A stretch of DNA of 64,000 nucleotides, from contig NC_058368.1 in assembly GCF_018350175.1 (NCBI RefSeq), positions 113,896,001-113,960,000 of the forward strand, written 5' to 3'. Each line of letters begins with the position of its first letter. Position 1 is the stretch's first letter. Shown piece after piece: positions 1-13,580 of this stretch. The notes under the pieces were generated by a model. The model was not told the DNA's origin. It searched no databases and saw only the letters and a program-made list of their open reading frames with translations. The position numbers and the translations under genes are program-made. Source of the DNA: Felis catus (taxonomy: Eukaryota).

Positions 1-74
1 TGTGGGAGTCACAGGCCGCCAATCAATAGGAATCACAGGACATTCTCATTACCTGTAGCTTGTATTATGTACTC

Positions 75-230
75 CAGTGGTTCTCAAACTTCAATCACCT
101 CGAGGGTTGTTAAAACACAAAATGCTAGGCCCCCCTCCTCAACCCTGCCAGAATTGCTGATTCAGCAGGTCTGGAGTAGGACAGACACTGTGCATAACAA
201 GTTCCTGGTTGATGCTGGTGCTTCTGTTCC
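75..230. mobile_element. MER5A-like hAT-Charlie DNA transposon relic
   Basis: cagtggttctcaaactt...gctgattcagcaggtctggag...taacaagttcctggttgatgctg motifs. Confidence 0.7.
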
Positions 231-859
231 AAAGCATCTATCATACGAGGAGGCAGAACCAGTGCTGACTGCTATTGCTCATCAGTCATTTATGTCCCAA
301 GATTCCACATCCAGGCCACCCACTACCCATGTGGGTGGTCACAGCTGTCTGTGGTCAAATGTGGGTAACCAATGTTCAAAAACTCAGAACTCAGTTCTGA
401 CTTCTGGAACATTCCAAAGGAACCCAAGACACCCAGTGCAAAATTAGAGTTGCTGCTACTGCTTCTGGAAATAAACATTCTACATTTGACTCTCCATGAC
501 ACAGCTCAAAGGGTCCACTGCTCTGTATCAAGAGCAGCCCTCTTCAGAGAAAACCTGAATCTGACATTACTTCCCATCTGTAATTCTTTGCTTAGATAGG
601 CATCCATGACGAGTTTAAGGGGGAGTTAAGGAACACAGCCTTTTGGCAAGCTTCAGACAATGTCCACCTTACTCCTCCAGGGCCCAGTGACTCGCCGTGC
701 ATTCTTAAACATGCCTAGGACTTGTACCGTCCTTCCAGTTTTGAGTTGGTAAAGCTAAAATGAAGGCACAATACTGCAACGATTTTGCATGAAATCTGGT
801 TCTGGGGACTGGGTGAGAATAAAACCAGGTTTTAATTTTCTTTTTACAGTGACCTCAGT

Positions 860-1220
860 CACTCAACGCCTTCCATTCCCTCTCCTTGAAACATTCTCCC
901 CCATTCCTGATCCCTCTGCTCTAACACATGCTTATTTTTCAGGTCTCAGTTTACATGTCACCTCCTTCAAAAGGACCTCTCTGATCTCAAATCTGAGTTA
1001 ATGTCCCTTCTCTGAGATCACACATGCCCTGTGTTCTCTCATTAAAACTGGCCCACACTGTGTTCTAACCTCCTAGTGACCTCGTCTCCCTGCCTGGATG
1101 GTGAGACTTGGCGGGGAAAAAAATCTATCTGCCTCAGTCACCAAGATAACCTCGGGGCCTTTTGGTGTCAGGTAAAAGTAGGACTCAGATATTTATTTGG
1201 GATAAGAAATGAATGAATGG
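860..1220 (+). mobile_element. L2 LINE 3' fragment
   Basis: tcaggtctcagtttacatgtcacctccttca body; ends in atttatttgg...aatgaatgaatg. Confidence 0.6.
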
Positions 1221-3042
1221 CAAGGAGCATACGTAAGAAACCAAATTAAAAAAAAATACACGGTTAAATCAAAGAAAATACACAATCCAGAATGTCACTT
1301 GCTGGGGTTAATACATGTTGGCCACCAGATTACAATTTGAGAAGCAAAAAATAAAAAAGAGAGAAAAAGAGAGCTTTTTCCATCTTTTCACTCAACCACC
1401 AGAAGAAAGACAGTTTATTCTTTGTACAAGTTATCAGGCTTTCTCTGTTTAAAAAAAAAAAAAAAAAAAGGCGAAGCTTTCGAGGAACCTCACCATGCCC
1501 CAGAAACAATCTTACACCAGGAGTAGGGAGGTACATTCATATTGGAGAAAAAACGAGCGCTTGTCTCTTGAGAATTGTCGTAGTTACACAGAAGCATTAC
1601 TATACAAACGCAAAAATTCCAATGCTAAGGTAAAACCTGAGAAGAAAAACAACAGGAATACAGGACAAGGTTTTCAAAACGAACTTCCCTTTGAGCTCAT
1701 AAAGCCACTGTTGAGGGACGACTGTGAACATTAAACCTCATACAATAATTTGGGAAGAGTAATTATGAGCTTGTGTGGAGCAGGACCACTGGTTTCTGAA
1801 AATGCAGAGATGGCTCAAGGCAGGAGGAGATGCACTTTCGGCTTCTTTCACAGGCCTAAGAAAGCCAATTTCTATGGCAAGCTTTGCAAGAGGCCACCAT
1901 ACAAGGAACACTATACCCGTTGTGTGATCATGCTGAGTAAAAGAAATAAATTTCCTATCGTGAATACTAATGGACGGTTGTTTCCATAGATACCTGATCC
2001 TAGCAACCAATTAGACAAAAATGAGTATTCCCCAAGTCTACATGCATTACATCTCTAAAATTATAAACCTCTAGCTACTTAGGAAGATCATAAGATGTCA
2101 GGGCATGAAGACATTTAAACGATTCTCTCCTACAAGCCCTTATTTTACATTTCCAGAAAAACTCAGCCCCACAATGCTCAACGGGCATATTTCTTTCTTT
2201 CTCCAACACCTCTAAGTCCAAAAGATTTGTAATGTCTATAATAGAAATTACTGAAGCAAATCGGCTTATTTAACAATTGCTATTTTTGACATGTATCTTT
2301 TAAGGTAACCCCGAGGAAGATCTACCAGGGATCATATGGGAATCACAATAAAGAACTGGTTCCAGGCTAACAATTACGCTAGACCAAATAAAATGTAATC
2401 ATGTTGAAGGACAGCAGTGTACTCGGGAGTCTTGCAGGGCACTGCAGGGTCCTAACCCCAAGTCTCATCTGCCACCGTGTTGAAGGCTACAGAAGTTCTG
2501 GTGGATGGAGAGTTCTGGTTGACAGAATACAGGTAAGCCAGACTCAACCATGGACGGCATGGCTGTTGGATAACTCCCAAGGAAAACACTGTCATTGTGG
2601 AAAGTCCAAATGGCCATTTATTTTAGGGAGCTTAGTGAGACCATGGAAAGACTATCTGATGATTCCTTAGGAAGGAAAGTTCACTCCCAGCCTAGTGAGA
2701 TGGTTTTTAAATAAATATATAAGACTGTCTCCTCCCACGGAGGATTCTGACTCTAGCAGCACGACTGGAGCAGTGAAGACATGTTAGTCACTCCTCACAG
2801 AGTATGACAACCACTCTGTGTGAGAACCAGGAGGTACCCAAGACTAGCCAGGGAGAGGTACAGCAGGTGAACAGAGCAGAGACTTCTGGCTCACTTGTGA
2901 GTCAGGATCCTAACCTCTAAGTCATCAGACTCTCCAGTAGGGTGATAGGAACAACGTGGGCTCTGTACACTGTTGTCATCAGGCAAGAGTGGAGTGTGTG
3001 TCCAAACTCTCTTCCATGACCGGTGAGCTGGGCAGAAGGCAG

Positions 3043-3120
3043 GCCCAGCCAGTCGGTCCCTCGGGCCAGGGCAGGAAGCGAGACTCTCTCTTACCCTGGT
3101 GCGTGGGGCCGCAGGGCTAA
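3043..3120 (-). ncRNA. MIR874: miR-874 precursor hairpin (5p at 3089-3111, 3p at 3053-3074)
   Basis: Minus strand reads TTAGCCCTGCGGCCCCACGCACCAGGGTAAGAGAGAGTCTCGCTTCCTGCCCTGGCCCGAGGGACCGACTGGCTGGGC; contains miR-874-3p CUGCCCUGGCCCGAGGGACCGA and 5p CGGCCCCACGCACCAGGGUAAGA as recalled; MIR874 is known to be intronic in KLHL3. Confidence 0.95.
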
Positions 3121-3279
3121 CACCAATTCTTCCGAGGAGCATGTCGAGGTCGAGGCAGAAGACTTGTCCCCGCAGGTTCCTGAGCAACAGATGCTCTAGG
3201 CAAGGACCGACAGCCAAAGCGCAGAGACAATGGGAATTGGAGAACCAGGAATGTGAGAGCAAGACCCAGGGAAGACAGG

Positions 3280-3505
3280 AGTGAGAATATGGACTTTGGA
3301 GTCAGGCACATCTGGGCTCAAATAGCAGCCCAGTCACTAAATAGCTGTGTGACCGTGGGCAAGACATTTAACCTTGCCAAACCTCACTGCCATTACCTGT
3401 AACATCAACATAATAGGATGTTTCTCTCGTGGAGGCCAGGAGCCTTAAATGTCATAAAGCACTTAGCACACAGCTTGGTAAATCGTATATACTAAATGTT
3501 AGCTT
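3280..3505 (+). mobile_element. MIR SINE
   Basis: ggactttggagtcag...tagctgtgtgaccgtgggcaagacatttaacct...cacttagcacacagcttgg core. Confidence 0.75.
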
Positions 3506-4584
3506 CTAGTATTTGATCAACACCAACATCATTACTATTGTTTAAAACAGTTGTTAAAAAACAGACTCCTAATAAATGGTAGAAAAGGACACTTACATGA
3601 TCTATAAAGAGAAGAGTGAACACCACTAATTCCAGGGTGATGGTGGGACTTTTTGAGGGCCCCAGGGTGTTTTCTAGGTGTGGCCTGGGTCCATCTGAAG
3701 GATCAAGATGGAAAAGGAGCAGTGCCGATCCAGGAGCCTGGCCCAGGTGAGAAGTCATCCTACCCACCCTGCCAATAGCCTTTTCTCCAACACCATCTAC
3801 TGGACAGCCCAACTAGGGAGGAAGCCGCCTACTTCTGGCCCAAATGGCTTTTCAGTGTCATTTTAAAATTGCTGAATAGAGATGTCACTTGAACTGAAAT
3901 GACAGTGCAAAGTGCCAGGCTCAGTACATCTCCAAAGGCTCATTTGCATCTTGCTGGGACCTCATTTCTCTGCTGCCATCTGTGGAACAGGGTAACGTAG
4001 GAGTGTTTTGAGCAACTGGGAGACAGCCTCTGGTTGTCCATGGCAACCCAGCCTTGGGGAAGGACTGGGCGGTGCATGTGTGGGAGCCCAGATGATGCTA
4101 TTAGCTGTTCCAGCTTGAATGTGTCAGTATGATTTGTGCATATGTGGCCCAGGAAAAAACACCCTCATTCGCCTCTACAGCTATCTCAAGGCAGAGCCCT
4201 ATTTCTTTCAGGGAGGGAGCTTGACTGGCAAACAGGTTTGCTGTTGAGAACTGATGAAAACAGGGCAAATCTCTCTCTACCACTTTGTTTCTCAAAGACT
4301 GCTCTGTCAGGAAGCCTATCTGGACTGAATTCATGAAAGCCCAGACCAACCTGCCCTTGCAATTCCTGCAGCTCTTCCTGTAGTCCAATTATCTCCTTAT
4401 TTTTCTTCCTCCACTTATTTGGCCACTTACATATTTCTATCTCGAGTTTCTTTCCACACAGTACCCAGCAAAAATGCTTTTATGAAATATGGAAGCCATA
4501 TAATAGAACAGTTAAAAGCACAGGGTCTAGTACCAATCATCCTGTGTTTGAATCTCAGGTCTACTATTTGCTAGCTGGGATTTA

Positions 4585-5158
4585 AAGGTGTGTAACAAAT
4601 TATTTAATAGTCCTTCATTCAAAAGATGGTATTTGATTCCCCTTCCCTTGAGCGTGGGCTGGACTTACTGACCTGCACCCAGCAGATAAAATACAGCCAA
4701 AGTGATGGGATATCATTTGGAGAACAGGTTATAAAAAGACTACAGTTTCTGTCTTGAGCATGTTCTCTCATTGTCTTGCTGTAGAATCACTCACCCTGGG
4801 GGAAACTAGTTGCCATATCATGAGGACACTTGGGCAACTTAGGGAGAGGCTGAGAGGGTAAGGAAGCTTGTAGAAACTTGTAGAAGCTTCTTGCCTGATG
4901 AAAGAAACTCACCATGACAGTGAACTTAGAATCAGATCCCCCCCACCCTGCAACCTTCCCCCTGCCAAGTAAGCCTGGAGATGGCTGCAGCCCTAACTGA
5001 GAGCTCAACTACAAATTTACAAGAGGCCCTGGGCCAGGATGACCCAGCAGAGACACTCTGGAACTCCTGCCCACGGAAACATTTAAGATAATAAACCTTT
5101 ATTGTGTTAAGCCACCAAGATTAGGTAATTTGTAACACAGAAATGGATAACTTAGTAC
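4585..5158 (+). mobile_element. MLT1-type (ERVL-MaLR) solo LTR inserted in a MIR (MIR halves at ~4495-4580 and ~5160-5305)
   Basis: cccttgagcgtgggctggactta...ataaacctttattgtgttaagccaccaag...gtaatttgtaacacag LTR motifs, with MIR sequence on both sides. Confidence 0.7.
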
Positions 5159-6292
5159 ATAATGAGTAGGTGACATAACCCAAAATCTAATTTCTCATGT
5201 GTAAAATGGGGATAATTAAGATGTAAATCCTAGGAGACAATAAATGTACATCACTTAGCCCAGTGATTGGCACATTCTGAGTGCTCACATTAGGGAAGTT
5301 ATCATTATCTCCTATTATCATCACTGTGGAGTTAGTATTGTACACTGGTCAAAAAGTACAGGTTTTGAGTCGGCCAGACCCAGATCCAAACCTTCATGCT
5401 GCCACTTGGCTGTGAAACCTTGGGGTCATTCAATCTCACTGAATCTCCAACATGGAGCCTTCTCCAACATTAGAACTTCCAGGGTTGTTATGAGGATAAT
5501 ATACTGTACATAAAGTGCTTTGCCTGAAACATAAGGAAAGTGTATTTATACAATCATTCTTGTGTCATCATGAATGCCTTTGGTGATAAGGACAATGACC
5601 CAGGGAAGGACAAAACACATCGGAGGCTGGGGCCCAGTCCTCTCCTGCAGTTATTTAAACCAATTTCTGGATGTTCCCTCTCACAGACGATATCCATTTG
5701 ACTTGGGCTCAGCTCAGGGGTCAGCTCCTGAAGAAAGTTTTCCCTAATCCCTCACCCCTCTCCATGCTCCCAGACTGTCCTACCCATACCTCCAGTGTGG
5801 CACTTACATGGTCCACTGTAATTGTCCTTTTACATCTGTCTCTCTTCCCCTGAATATGGAGCACTAGGAGGAAGGGACCAACTCATCTGAGGCTTTGTGG
5901 CTCTAGCACCAAGCCCTGTGCCTGGCAGTTAGTGACTTCTCAATGCAAGTGTGTTGAATGAGTGAATAAATAAATTAATGAGTTAATGCATGCATGATGG
6001 TTTATTAGTTTATTACTGGTGCTATTTTTTATCTCAATACTTCAAAACCTATCTAAACCCCCAGAACAACAACCAGATTCATTCAATACTGGACCTGTGG
6101 GCTGAACCACATGTCCTAGAGTCAATCTCATTAGTGATCAAAGGAGAATATGAAGCAGGGGATAAATCCTCACTGCATTCATGCAAAAACACATGTATGG
6201 ATGTGGACAGTATTGGAAAACAACTAGGGTTGATAGAAATGGTCAATACTAAATCTCCATGAGGTTATTTCTTTAAAAAATATACCTCCTTC

Positions 6293-6830
6293 AGGGTGCC
6301 TGTCTGGCTTAATCAGTAGAGTGTGCAACTCTTGATCTCAGGGTTGTAAGTTCGAGCCCCAAGCTGGGTGTAGGGATTACTCTAAAATAAAACCTGGGAC
6401 ACTGGGGTGGCTCAATCAGTTAAGCATCTGACTTTTTTTTTTTTAATGTTTATTTATTTTTGAGAGAGAGAGAAAGACCATGTGAGCAGAGGAGGAACAG
6501 AAAGAGAGAGAGACACAGAATCCTAAGCTGTCAGCAGACAGCCTGATGCGAGGCTCAAAATCATGGACTGAGAGATCATGACCTTAGCCAAGGTCAGACA
6601 CTTAACCAACTGAGCCATCCAGATATCCCATGCATCTGACTCTTGATACTGGCTTAGGTCGTGATTTCACGGTCATGGGATTGGGCCCCACATTGGGCTC
6701 TGCACTGAGTGTGGAGCCTACTTGGGATTCTCCCTCTCTGTCTCTCTTTGCCCCTTCCCCACTCACATGCACTTACTTTTCAGCTCTCTCTCTCTCTCTC
6801 AAAATAAATAAACTTCAAAAAATTAAAAAT
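6293..6830. mobile_element. Cluster of carnivore SINEC elements: a short plus copy, then a plus copy interrupted by a minus copy (~6434-6630)
   Basis: tRNA-like heads gggtggctcaatcagttaag; TSD gcatctgact at 6424-6433 and 6632-6641. Confidence 0.85.
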
Positions 6831-7304
6831 ACAATCTTTTATATATATGTATATATACACACACACATACACACATATGTATCTTTCATTCATGAAACGT
6901 TTTACTATTGTCCACCCTTTGTTAGACTCCAGGCTATGTGCCAAGAACAGAGATAAATAACACAGGCTATCATGGTACCTATAGTTTCATGAAGGAGTAA
7001 CAGTCTTAAAGAGAACCCTGAATACCTCCCTAAAGTGTGAACCCAGGGAACATGGTTATCTTCTGCAATTACTGCCCCTGTTTTTCAGAAGCCAATGAAG
7101 GACCTCTCCTCCATTAAATAACCTTTCTCATCAATTGTATTTCTATATAGTAACAATAAACTGTTAGAAATCAGACTTAAAAAAACATTTATAAGAGCAT
7201 CAAAAACTATGAAATATCTAGGAATAAATCTGACAAAAGATCTGTAAGAATCATACATTGAGAACTACAAAATGTTGCTAAGAGAAATTAAAGAAGACAA
7301 AAGT

Positions 7305-7525
7305 AGGGGCACTTGGGTGGCTCAGGAGGTTGGGCGTCCAACTTCAGCTTGGGTCATGATCTTGCAGTTTGTGGGTTCCAGCCCCATGTCGGGCTCTATG
7401 CTAACAGCTCAGAGCCTGGAGCCTGCTTCAGATTCTGTGTCTCCCCCTCTCTCTGCCCCTCCCATGCTCATGTTCTGTCTCTCTCTGTCTCTCAAAAATA
7501 AATAAACATTAAACAAATTTTTTTA
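7305..7525 (+). mobile_element. SINEC (felid type)
   Basis: Head, CT-rich linker, aataaataaac tail; TSD aagaagacaaaa. Confidence 0.9.
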
Positions 7526-7581
7526 AGAAGACAAAAATAAGTGGAGATATATACTGTGTTCATGGGTCAGAAGATTTAGTA

Positions 7582-8040
7582 CAGTAGTCTTCTCCCACCA
7601 TCTACAGTTTTGCTTTCTGCAGTTTCAGTTACCTATGATCAACCTTGGTCCAGAAGCAGACGATCCTCCTTCAGATGTATAGTCAGAAGGTCAATAGTAG
7701 CCTACATCACTCCCCTCCCTTCATCTCATCTTGTAGGCATTTTATCATCCCTCATCATCACAAGAGGAAGGGTGAGTCAGTACATTAAGATATTTTGAGA
7801 GACAAAGAAACCACATTTATATAACTTTTATTACAGGATATTGTTACCATTTTTCTATTTTACCACTAGTTATTGCTGTTAATCTCTTACTGTGCCTAAT
7901 TTATAAATTAAACTTTATTGTAAGTGTGTATCTATAGGAAGAAAATAGTATATATAGGGTTCAGTATAATCTGATCTGCAGATTCAGCCACGCATGGAGG
8001 GACTTGGAATGTATCCCCCAGGGATAAGGGAGAACTACTT
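7582..8040. mobile_element. MER44-type TcMar-Tigger non-autonomous DNA transposon
   Basis: Termini cagtagtc... and ...gggataagggagaactact, flanked by TA at 7580-7581 and 8041-8042. Confidence 0.8.
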
Positions 8041-10839
8041 TATTGTTAATATGTGAATTCCCCCTAATTGATTCTAAAAATTTAGCGCAATCTTTATCAA
8101 AGTCTTTTTTGTAGAAACAGTCAAGCTGATTCTAAATGATAAATGAACATGCAAAGGACCTAGAATAGACAACACAACTTTGAAAAACAAAACTGGAGGA
8201 CTCACACTACCTGATTTCAAGACTTACTACTAAGTTAGTGGTCAAGGCAACATGGTATCGGCGTAAAAACAGATAAACAGATAACAGGAACAGAATAGGG
8301 TCCAGATATACACCAACACACAAATAGCCAATTATTTACAACAGAGATGTCAAACCTAATCAATGGATAAAAGAGAATATTTCCAATAAATGCTGTGGAC
8401 ATTCATGTACAAATAAATGAACCTTGACCCTTATCTCATACACCATATTAAAAAGCAATCTCAAAATAGATCATAGACCCAAATGTAAAACCTAAAACAT
8501 TAAAATTTCTAGGAAAAAAAATCATAGGAGAAAATCTTTATGATCATAGATTATGCAAAGATTTTTTTTTTTAGATAAAACACAAAATACATGAATCTTA
8601 ACAGAAAAAAATTTAACAAAATTTAAAACTTCTACTCTCCCAAAGATACTGCTAAGAAAATAAAAAAGACAAAGCACAGTTTGGGAGAAAATACTTGCAA
8701 AATACAGATTTGATAAAAGACATATCCACAATATATACAGGACTCTTACAACTCAATAAGAATAAAATAACCCAATTCTTTCACAGGGGAAAAAATTTGA
8801 ATAGACTTCACCAGTGAAGATATATAGACGGCAAATAAACACATGAAAAGATGCTCAACATCAGTAGTCCTTAGAAAAATTCAAATTAAAACCACACATA
8901 CCTACTACAGTGGCTAAAATGGTTTAAAACAGATAATAAGTAGCGTTAAGTACTGTGGAGTAACTGGAATTCTCCTACCTTGCAGATGGGAATGCATAAT
9001 GGTACAGCTTGAAAAACAGTTGTCTCGAATGTCTTGAGAAACAGTTTCTTGTAAATTTAAATATAAGCAATTTCTTATCAATTTAAACATATACTTACCA
9101 GCAATCCTATTCCTAGGTATTTACCCAAGAGAAATTAAAATGTAAATCCAAACAAGGATCTGTAAGTGAATGTTCAAATAGCTTTATTTGTAAAAGCCAA
9201 AAGTAGACATCCAAATGTCCATCAAATGGTGAATGGATAAACAAATTATAGGACGTCCATGTGACAGAATATTACTCAGCAATAAAAAGGAACAAACTCT
9301 TTATACATGCGACGATGTGGATAAATCTTAAAAGCATTATGCTAAGATAAAGAAGGAAAGCTCAAAAGGCTACATATGTCATGATGTCATTTATATAACA
9401 TTCTAGAGAAGACAAAGCTAGAGGGACAGAAATCACATCATTAGTTGCCAAGGCCTGGGGGGGTACAAGAAGGGACTTGACTAGAGAGCAGCACAAAGAA
9501 ACTTTGTGGAGTGCTTAAAATATTCCATATTTTGATTAGGATGTTAGTCAATGACTACATGCATTTCTCGAAATTCATCAAATTGTCTCCCTAGTGAATT
9601 TTATTGTGTATAATTTGTAATACCTCTGTAAAACTGAATTTAAAAGAAAAGAATCTGGGATGTTCATGATGGGGGAAACTATGCATGTGTAGGGGCAGAA
9701 GGTATATGGAAAATTGCTGTACCTTACCCTCAATTTTGTTGTGAACCTAAAACAGCTCTAAAAATATAAAGTCTTAATTTGAAAATAAAAAGTAGTAAAT
9801 GTACTGGAAATGCATCTCTTAATAAGATGAGCAGGATGGTATAAGACTTTAATTTACTTTTACTTTGTCACCAAAAGCTGAAAACCTGTCTCTGGGAGGC
9901 AATCTAGTATAAAAGAACAAACATAGACTTTGGAGTGGAACAGACCTTGATTCAAACCCCAGCTCTGCACTTACTAGCTGTGTAACTGGGCAAGTTACTT
10001 AACCTCTCTGAGTAAACTCAGTAAAGGAGGGATATCAATAGTGCAGCCCTAATATTGTGATGATTTAATGAGATAATTACCTCTGATAATCCTCAAAGTG
10101 ATAGTTTCCCTCAGCATACCCCACTCCTCAAACCTACAGTGGGGTTCCCCTCACTAATTTAAGTGTCCAAACAATGGTGACAGAGTAGAGTTTGAGAAGC
10201 AGGTTGGACAATGTAACCTTAAATCATTCAAGGATTAAAGTTAGGGGAACAATGAAGCTAAGAGCAGCAATGTCTTTTTTAAAATTCCTTGAACAGATTC
10301 ACAATAAGTCTTGATTCTAGCTCCCCACAGAACTCTATGTGCTCAAGAATCTAAACATTTTCATTCTGAAAATAGTGTTTCCTAAGGAGTAGAGAGGACA
10401 GTGGGACAACCGTGGTCTCATTAAAGAGGGATGGACTGTTACCAATTACAGATTCCTTATGTCAAAAGGGAGGGGTGGTCTCAGCAGGCGGAGTTTGGAC
10501 TCAGACACAAACTTGGCTTTGATTTTTAAAACTGTCTTCTTGTGGGTGTGTGTGGTAAAAACTCGATGTGGAGTCTAGAAAAGGAAAGGTAACTACGTAT
10601 GGTTTCCACACAAAGAAACTGGGCCAGTTCTGCACCATTGCCTTAGTTCCAGAACACACTCCCCAGCAAAAGATGTTGGTAACTTGTTAACATATAGGAT
10701 AAGAACCTCCTTTTCCAAGGAGAAAAGCCACAAAGACATGCAACAATGCCAGCTGGGAACCCAGGATGCAGAAAGCCTCCTCCATGTAAAACAACAGTCC
10801 ATCTTAGAATCAATAATCTGAAGACCTCAACAGACAAGC

Positions 10840-11410
10840 TTATGTAAATTTAGATCATAATGAAGGTGGTATTCAGATTGATGGGGGGAAAGGGAGGTTA
10901 TTCAATAAAACAACTTTGGCGCAACTGGCTCATCATTTGCAATAGGAATAAAGCTGGATTCCTACCCTCTCTCCTTATACTAAAATAAATTCTAAGTGCA
11001 TCAAAGATTCAAATGTAAAACAGAAATCGTTAAAGTACTTGAGAAAACATGGGAGTCTTTTTTTCTTTAATCTGAGAGTATAGAAAACATTTCTAAGCAG
11101 GATGTAAAACCTAAGCTATAAAGAAAAGACATATCAATTTAACTACTTAAAACTGTTTTTTGGGGATGCAAAAAAATGCTATAATTAAGTTTAAAGGCAA
11201 ACTGCAAACTAAGAAAAAAATATGTGAAATACACATGAAAACCTAACCCCTTTAAATTAAAAACAGCCCTTAAAAACCATTAATAGGAGCCCTTGGGTGG
11301 CTCATTCAGTTAAGTGCCTGACTCTTGGTTTTGGTTCAGGTCATGATTTCATGGTTCCTGAGATCAAGCCCCACGCTGGGCTCTGTGCTCATAGCACAGA
11401 GCCTGCTTGG

Positions 11411-11455
<45 letters not shown>

Positions 11456-12100
11456 CCTCCTCTGCTCATTGCACTCTCTGTCTCCCTTTCAAAATAAATT
11501 AACATTAAAAAAAACACCATTAATTAAAAACATACAGTCCAATAGAAAAATGGGCAAAGTACATGAACAGAAAATTCCCCTAAAAAAGAAATACAAAAGC
11601 CATAATCGTATGAAACCAACATTAGAGTCTCACTTACAAGAAATGCAAACTAAAACAAGAGGTCATAAATTACATAGAAATGTTTGTAATATAAAAAAAA
11701 AATGGAGATGATAAAAAGGTCCATCAATAGAGGACAGTTAAATAAGTAATGGTACATAAACATAATTAAATTCCATGTACCTATTATAATTTAATGCTGG
11801 TTTCACCTATACTGATAATGATGAAAGTAGTCTGCTGAGTAGGAGATAAAAATGATATTCAATCTGTGGAACAAGATTCTATTTATCTGAAAGTATACAT
11901 TTTTTATCTATTTGTGACTAGGTGCACAGAAATATGTCTGGGAGAAAATTCACCAAGGTACAGCAGTGATTGCCCCTGGGTGGAGGAATTTCAGGTGATT
12001 TTTACTTTATTTCAAAAATGTAGTAGCCTTTTAACAGTCTGCAATGACCACATATTTCTATAATTGAAGAAAGCAAAGTTATTTTCATTTTGAAAAATAT
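10840..12100 (+). mobile_element. Degenerate L1M fragments with a SINEC insertion at ~11286-11515
   Basis: ttattcaataaa...gctggattcctacc...aaaataaattctaagtgcatcaaaga L1 motifs; SINE with long (CT)n and TSD-like accattaat. Confidence 0.7.
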
Positions 12101-13430
12101 GAAGTCATTTCAGTGCAATATTTCAATAAAATAAAACCAAAGCATCAACACGCAGGAAGACAAATGGCCAGCCAGACCAAGGCCCTTGCCTGGTGGCTGC
12201 ACCTTCTAACATGCGCTGGGTGATAGGAAGCTGACAAGTAGGTACATACACTCAGGTTTACAAAGATGAAGCCAGGTGCAGGATGGTGTGGGTTCACAGA
12301 ACAGGTTTGGAGGGTGAGAAAGACACCATTCAAACACTGGCTCTACTACACTGGCTGTGTTGACCTTGGGCAAGTCACTTAATCTCTCTGACCTTACGTT
12401 TCCTCTGTGTACAGCTAGGATACCTGCCTCTACCGTACAGGGCTATTGAGGGGATTAAGAAAGCTCTACTGTGACACCTTTCAGCTTACTGTTTGCCCCT
12501 GAAGCAGCACTCAGCAAATGCCAGTGACTCGTATTATTATCTGGGAGATTTATAACCTTCATCCACACTGCACCCACTAAACTCTCCATCACCCAGGGTC
12601 ACAACACAGAGTGGAGAGGAAGCACAGACCCTGGAGAATCTCAACATCTAGTCTTGGACAACATGCTTCTCCAGCACTCTGAAACCCTTTCTGGAAGCAG
12701 CAGACAAGGAGTAGGGCAGCCAGACAGAAAGAGGAGGAGAAGGAGGACAAAGCAAAGGCCTACACAATGCCCTGGGGCTGCCGGCTGTGTGGTAGCTGAG
12801 TCAACACAACTCACTCCTCTCTGCTCACCTTTCCTCCTGGGTTGGCTGGGACCTTTCCTGAGACGTCAGCGTTTTAGGATCCTAGACGGCCTACTGGAAG
12901 GCCAACCTGGAATGGACTTTAGACACCAGCCAGTGCAGGACCTTTCATTCTGTAGATGAAAGACCTGAGGACCAGAGAGAGGCAGGGCCTTGCAAGGAAC
13001 CAAAGCAGCCAATACCCGGTCTGGCAGCCCCAACTGTTCTGTAGGGCTCTGAGGTGAGAGAAAAGAGCCAGACTAGGACCATTCAAATTCAAATAATGGC
13101 CTAGAAATCACTAAGTCAAGAAATACAAAGCCATTCCTCTGCTTCCAACACAAATAGAACCCAGACCAAATAAGGAGAGGAGACGAAGGAGTTATTCTCA
13201 AAACTCTCTGGTGCCTCTGGAGGTTACCTTGAAATTCTTAGGACAGGAAGACCCTGCAAGAGAGAGGTACCAGCAGATTCAAAATGAACCAGCAGACTCC
13301 ATCTCTTAGCTGGTAAATGCAACCAAGAAGCAAGGCAGCCACAGGTGAGGAAAGACTTGGAGCCAGCAATGGAAGGCCACTTTCCCAGAACACAGCCCTG
13401 ACAGCTGGCACTGACTGGGCTGGGGCTTAC

Positions 13431-13580
13431 CTTGGGCAGGCTGACTGGAGTCCTGGGCTTGGTCCTTGGGTTCTTAATCAAGAGCCTCTGATCCAGAGGG
13501 AGCAGGTGGTATTTCATGGCCTCGATGAGGAAGTCCTTACAGGTGTTGTTATTCTTTATCAAAGCTTCTTCTTCAACCGT
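13431..13580 (-). CDS. KLHL3: KLHL3 coding exon (exon 8 equivalent): TVEEEALIKNNNTCKDFLIEAMKYHLLPLDQRLLIKNPRTKPRTPVSLPK
   Basis: Acceptor ttacctccag|ACG, donor AAG|GTAAGC; 150 nt, phase 0/0; the kelch-repeat exons fall beyond the left edge of the window. Confidence 0.97.

Larger units (their letters stand above)
7100..9790 (+). mobile_element. Old L1M (L1MB/L1MC-like) 3' portion, interrupted by a SINEC and a MER44
   Basis: Degenerate ORF2 and 3' UTR motifs (ctaggaataaatctgacaaaaga; actcacactacctgatttcaagactta; tcctaggtatttacccaagagaaat); L1MC-type end at 9655-9790. Confidence 0.85.

Noticed and set aside
1240..2010. A19 run (1451-1469) and nearby short ORFs as a processed pseudogene
   Set aside because: No recognisable parent gene, TSD or properly placed poly(A) signal
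2891..3311. Overlapping ORFs in the GC-rich patch
   Set aside because: Explained by the miR-874 hairpin and an adjacent MIR; no coding signature
6293..6390. tRNA-like sequences at SINE heads as tRNA genes
   Set aside because: They are the tRNA-derived heads of SINEC elements, followed by SINE bodies or tails
1..13430. KLHL3 kelch exon 9 (VMIVVGGQAPKAIRSV...)
   Set aside because: Not found by eye and expected beyond the left edge; exon 3 is likewise expected beyond the right edge, so neither absence indicates gene loss
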